From Longimicrobiales bacterium (GTDB lineage: Bacteria; Gemmatimonadota; Gemmatimonadetes; Longimicrobiales; Gaopeijiaceae), in contig OZ220732.1 in the NCBI GenBank assembly GCA_965116905.1, positions 2,976,001 through 3,040,000 of the forward strand: DNA of 64,000 bases. Reading direction: 5' to 3'. This document shows, piece by piece, positions 58,596 to 64,000 of this stretch (the stretch's first letter is position 1; the number at the start of each line of letters is the position of its first letter). The notes under the pieces were generated by a model. The model ran no database searches. It worked only from the letters and a program-made list of their open reading frames with translations, and was not told where the DNA came from. The position numbers and the translations under genes are program-made.

Positions 58596-60488
58596 ATGAT
58601 GACGGCAAGCCGTTCTGACCGGTCGCCGGCCGGTAGATCGCGCTCGAAGCGCACGTTTGTCCGGATCCTCGCACTCGCGTCGGTCATTGCCGCCGCGGGG
58701 GCGGTCGCACCCGTTGAATCGCCCGTCGCGGACGCGGCGGAGCGCGGCGACCTGGAAGCGGTGCGGGCTCTGCTCAGGCAGGGCGCGGACGTCAATACCG
58801 CCCAGAGCGACGGGATGACCGCGCTTCACTGGGCAGCGAACACCAACGACGTGGAAATCGCGAAGGCCCTGCTGTACGCGGGGGCGACGGTGCGGGCAAC
58901 GACGCGGCTCGGCGGATACACGCCGTTGCACCTCGCCAGCCGGAGCGGCCATACCGAGGTTGCGCGGCTGGTCCTGGAGGCCGGTGCGGACCCGGATGCC
59001 TTCACCACGACCGGTGTCACCGCCATGCACTTCGCGGCGGACGCCGACGCGGGCGGCGTGGTCGAGGCCCTGGCGGCGCACGGCGGCAATGTGAATGCGC
59101 GGGACGACTTCGCCGAGCGCACACCTCTGATGTTCGCCGCGGCGCGCGGCGCCGATGCCGCGGTACGGGCCCTGCTTGACGCGGGGGCCGATGTCACGCT
59201 GGTGACCCGCGTGAAGGACTACGAGACGATCGACCAGAGTCTGCGCGCCGAGCAGCGCCAGCGGGCCCGGGTGAGGGCCGCGGCCGAGGAGCCCGAAGAG
59301 GAAGAGGAAGTCAGCGAGGCGTCGGCATCGCCGGTACCCGCACGGGCGCCTCAGGCCCGGCAGCCCGGCAACCCGGCCGCGCCCGCGGCGGCACCGGGCC
59401 AGCCCGAACCCGAAGAACCGGCCAAGGCACCGGAGGAGCCGGAGGAGCCACCGGTCAAGGCTCTGACCTCGGCGCAGCAGATCGGGAAACAGGGCGGCTT
59501 CAACGCGCTGCACTACGCGGCTCGGGAGGGCAACCGCTCGACGGCGGCTCTGCTTCTCGACTCGGGCGCGGGCGTCGACCAGCCCACCGCGGGCGACCAG
59601 TCCTCTCCGCTCCTGGTGGCCGTCGTCAACGGCAACTACGACCTCGGGCGCGACCTGCTCGAGCGCGGAGCCGACCCCAACATCGTCAGCGACGACGGCG
59701 CCGGGCCGCTCTTCGCGACACTCAACATCGAGTGGTCGCTGCGCACCTGGTACCCGCAGCCGCAGGCCTTCCGCCAGCAGGAGACGGACTACCTCGAATT
59801 CATGAGACTGCTCCTCGACGCGGGCGCGGATCCCAACCAGCGGACGACCACACACATCTGGTACGCCGCCTACAACGCCGGCCGCATGGGTGTCGACTTC
59901 ACAGGCGCGACTCCCTTCTGGCGGGCGGCATACGCCACGGACGTGGAGGCCATGCGCCTTCTGGTCGACTACGGGGCGGACCCCAACATCTGGACCACCA
60001 GACTGCCGGACCGCCGCCGCTTCTTCGACCCGAACTTCCCGGACACCCGTCCCGAGGACACGCCGGCCGACCCATCCGGGTTGCCGCCCGTTCCGGTCGG
60101 CGGGCCCGCCGTGCACCCTCTGCACGCGGCGTCGGGCGTTGGCTTCGGCACTTCCAGGGTGGCTCAGCAGCACCGCGCCGTCCCTGACGGATGGCTCCCT
60201 GCGGTGCGCTATCTGGTCGACGAACTCGGGATCGACCCCAACCTGCGCGACAAGGACGGCTACAACGCCATCCATCACTCCGCGGCCCGGGGCGACAACG
60301 AAACCATCCTCTTCCTGGTCAGCCGCGGCACGGACATCCATGCCATCAGCCGTCGCGGCCAGACCACGGCGGACCTGGCGAACAGCCCGGAGCAGCGTGC
60401 ACAGCCCCACCCGGCCACCGTCGCGCTGCTCGAGAAACTCGGCTCGCGCAACAACCACCAGTGCCGTTCCTGCGGGGGGAACGACTGA
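58596..60488 (+). CDS. Secreted ankyrin-repeat protein
   Basis: Many G.TALH.AA / TPL..A / GADPN repeats; AGGAGG SD; C-terminal CRSC. Confidence 0.9.
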   Translation: MMTASRSDRSPAGRSRSKRTFVRILALASVIAAAGAVAPVESPVADAAERGDLEAVRALLRQGADVNTAQSDGMTALHWAANTNDVEIAKALLYAGATVRATTRLGGYTPLHLASRSGHTEVARLVLEAGADPDAFTTTGVTAMHFAADADAGGVVEALAAHGGNVNARDDFAERTPLMFAAARGADAAVRALLDAGADVTLVTRVKDYETIDQSLRAEQRQRARVRAAAEEPEEEEEVSEASASPVPARAPQARQPGNPAAPAAAPGQPEPEEPAKAPEEPEEPPVKALTSAQQIGKQGGFNALHYAAREGNRSTAALLLDSGAGVDQPTAGDQSSPLLVAVVNGNYDLGRDLLERGADPNIVSDDGAGPLFATLNIEWSLRTWYPQPQAFRQQETDYLEFMRLLLDAGADPNQRTTTHIWYAAYNAGRMGVDFTGATPFWRAAYATDVEAMRLLVDYGADPNIWTTRLPDRRRFFDPNFPDTRPEDTPADPSGLPPVPVGGPAVHPLHAASGVGFGTSRVAQQHRAVPDGWLPAVRYLVDELGIDPNLRDKDGYNAIHHSAARGDNETILFLVSRGTDIHAISRRGQTTADLANSPEQRAQPHPATVALLEKLGSRNNHQCRSCGGND

Positions 60489-61048
60489 TGGAGGGGAGAG
60501 CGCCCGACGGACCCGCGTCGGCGCGGCGCGGCGCGGCCTCGCTGGTCGCCGCCGCGGCTGCGATGCTGTCTCTGCCGGCGCCCGGCGCCGCCCAGGACAC
60601 CGAGTGGAACCGCTACACGCTCGAAGACCTCGTCGGCGTGCATGTGCGCGCCGAGACCAACCAGGGGTGCGAGGGGGCGGGCCTCTCGGCCGAGTCCATC
60701 CGGACGGACGCGGTGGCCGCGCTGGAGGCGGCGGAGGTGCCGCTCCTGACCGAGCGCGAGATGCTCGAGAGTCCGGGAATCCCCGAACTCAGGGTCACGC
60801 TGGAGTGTGGCGGGGGCGTGGCGGGCGTCGTGGGCTACTCGGTGTCGATCCGGGTGCAGCAGGCGACCCAGATGATCCGCGACAACCAGATCACCCTGTC
60901 GGAAGCCGTCACGTGGTGGACGACGGGCGTCGGCGTCGCCGAGGCGGGGACCGTCCCCGACGCGCTCGGTGCCGAACTGCAGGCCAGGCTGGCCGTCTTC
61001 GCCGACGCGTTTGCGGCAGCCAATGCCGAGGAGGAAGGCTCGGGCTAG
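60488..61048 (+). CDS. Secreted hypothetical protein, 186 aa
   Basis: TGATG overlap with the ankyrin gene; signal peptide ending PGAA-Q; two Cys; acidic. Confidence 0.7.
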   Translation: MEGRAPDGPASARRGAASLVAAAAAMLSLPAPGAAQDTEWNRYTLEDLVGVHVRAETNQGCEGAGLSAESIRTDAVAALEAAEVPLLTEREMLESPGIPELRVTLECGGGVAGVVGYSVSIRVQQATQMIRDNQITLSEAVTWWTTGVGVAEAGTVPDALGAELQARLAVFADAFAAANAEEEGSG

Positions 61049-61056
61049 GGCTCGGA

Positions 61057-62919
<1,863 letters not shown>

Positions 62920-62931
62920 GCGGAGGGGCTG

Positions 62932-64000
62932 CTACCCTCCCAACACGTTGAGCTGCCGGGTAAACTTGAGATAGACCGAGCGTCCGAGCGGTCCGGCAGC
63001 GTCTCGATCCCCTGCACCTCGTTGTAGACGATGAACAGGCCCGTGCCGGCGGTGTTGAGCCAGCCGAAGCGGATGTTGGCGGACCAGGTATCGTCAGCGT
63101 CTCGATCCCCTGCACCTCGTTGTAGACGATGAACAGGCCCGTGCCGGCGGTGTTGAGCCAGCCGAAGCGGAGGGACCTATCGACTGGTCGGAGTACCTGG
63201 ACGTAGACCCGGGGCGTGAAGAAGTACCCCAGGTTGATACCGGCCAGGGTGGCGGTGAATTCGCCCTGGGGGAGCATCACGTCGTTGTACACGACGCGCA
63301 CCCCGGCACTGGTGCGGGCGCCGCGGCGCAGCGTCAGGTCGGCGGTGGTGGTGCGCTTGCTGCCCGACAGGAACGCGCCCCAGTTGAAACGCGTGTTGAT
63401 GGAGACGGGCCGGGACTGGTCGGTGAAGAAGACGATCTGCGACTCCCAGCCCGCATAGGTTCCCGTGGGCACCACGACTTCGGTGCCGGGGATCGCGAAG
63501 GATTCGTAGAGCCCCTCGGTCACGTAGTTCGCCCCGGTGTGAAGCTCCATCCCGGAGTGCCACTGCCAGTGGCTGTCGATGTGCCAGCGGGCGGACTCGT
63601 TGAAGCCGTTCTCCACTCCCTTGCGCATGGTCCGGTAGGTGAAATAGGAGACGTGGGGACGGATTTCGCGGAACATGCTGGCAGGACGAGCCGTCCACAT
63701 GCCGAAGACCTGGTAGTAGCGATGGCCGTTGCGGGGCAGGAAGCCGACCTCGGGGTTGAAGTGCTCGCCGATATCGCGCACGGTGGCGTTGGCCGTGAAG
63801 CGCCGGCTGCTCCACGCGGCGGTGACGTTCCAGGCGGCGTCGGCCCCCTCCAGCTCAGGGGTGTCGGTTCTGGCCACGAAGGAAGTCAGCGTCAGCTGGT
63901 CGCCGATGCCGACGCTGCCGTCGATGGCGTAGGTCCGGTTGTGGTCGCCGGCGAGACTGCCGGCGCGGTTCACGAAGAGGCCGCCGACACGGGAACGGTT
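62932..64000 (-). pseudogene. 3' part of a DUF5916-like outer-membrane barrel gene, disrupted near its end (or mis-assembled)
   Basis: IGEHFNPEVGFLPR motif and aromatic amphipathic strands; the natural C-terminus GPLGRSVYLKFTRQLNVLGG* is out of frame after a 77-bp duplication and indels. Confidence 0.6.
62997..63171. repeat. 77-bp direct repeat (62997-63073 and 63095-63171)
   Basis: Identical copies from cagcgtctcgatcccc to cagccgaagcgga. Confidence 0.9.

Noticed and set aside
62997..63171. CRISPR-like repeat-spacer-repeat
   Set aside because: Only two copies of 77 bp, the repeat is protein-coding sequence, and there are no cas genes.

Overview
GC-rich diderm bacterial chromosome segment. 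Gene content (LpxC-FabZ fusion, PorV-like barrel, BshC, McsAB-ClpC, DUF1592/DUF1552) suggests Gemmatimonadota or another FCB lineage; this is inference, and classifying the 16S would settle it. The left ~27 kb is one minus-strand run: tRNA-His, a solitary 16S rRNA gene (no 23S/5S), era, porV-like, prfB (+1 programmed frameshift), lysS, lolC/E, lolD, mcsA, mcsB, clpC, bamA, skp, lpxD, lpxC-fabZ, lpxA, gnnA-like, a 44-aa ORF, lpxB, lpxK, rlmH, a methyltransferase, bshC, a 97-aa ORF and murJ. The right part holds a serine hydrolase, tRNA-Arg, divergent ku/ligD, oligopeptidase A, two GGT-family genes around glnS-yqeY, a TolC/MFP/RND pump, a cold-shock gene, an ArfB-like factor, two barrel-less TonB-plug proteins around a peroxiredoxin, a DUF1592-DUF1552-ankyrin-secreted protein operon, recQ and a damaged DUF5916-like 3' end. 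No mobile element or CRISPR array was seen. Best leads: (1) a CtsR-less arginine-kinase/ClpC module translationally coupled between Lol and Bam/lipid A genes; (2) the exported heme/His-rich DUF1592-DUF1552-ankyrin system; (3) an unlinked 16S gene next to era; (4) a bshC-linked methyltransferase, possibly for N-methyl-bacillithiol; (5) plug-only TonB-receptor-like proteins. All assignments come from motif recognition by eye; no database searches were run.
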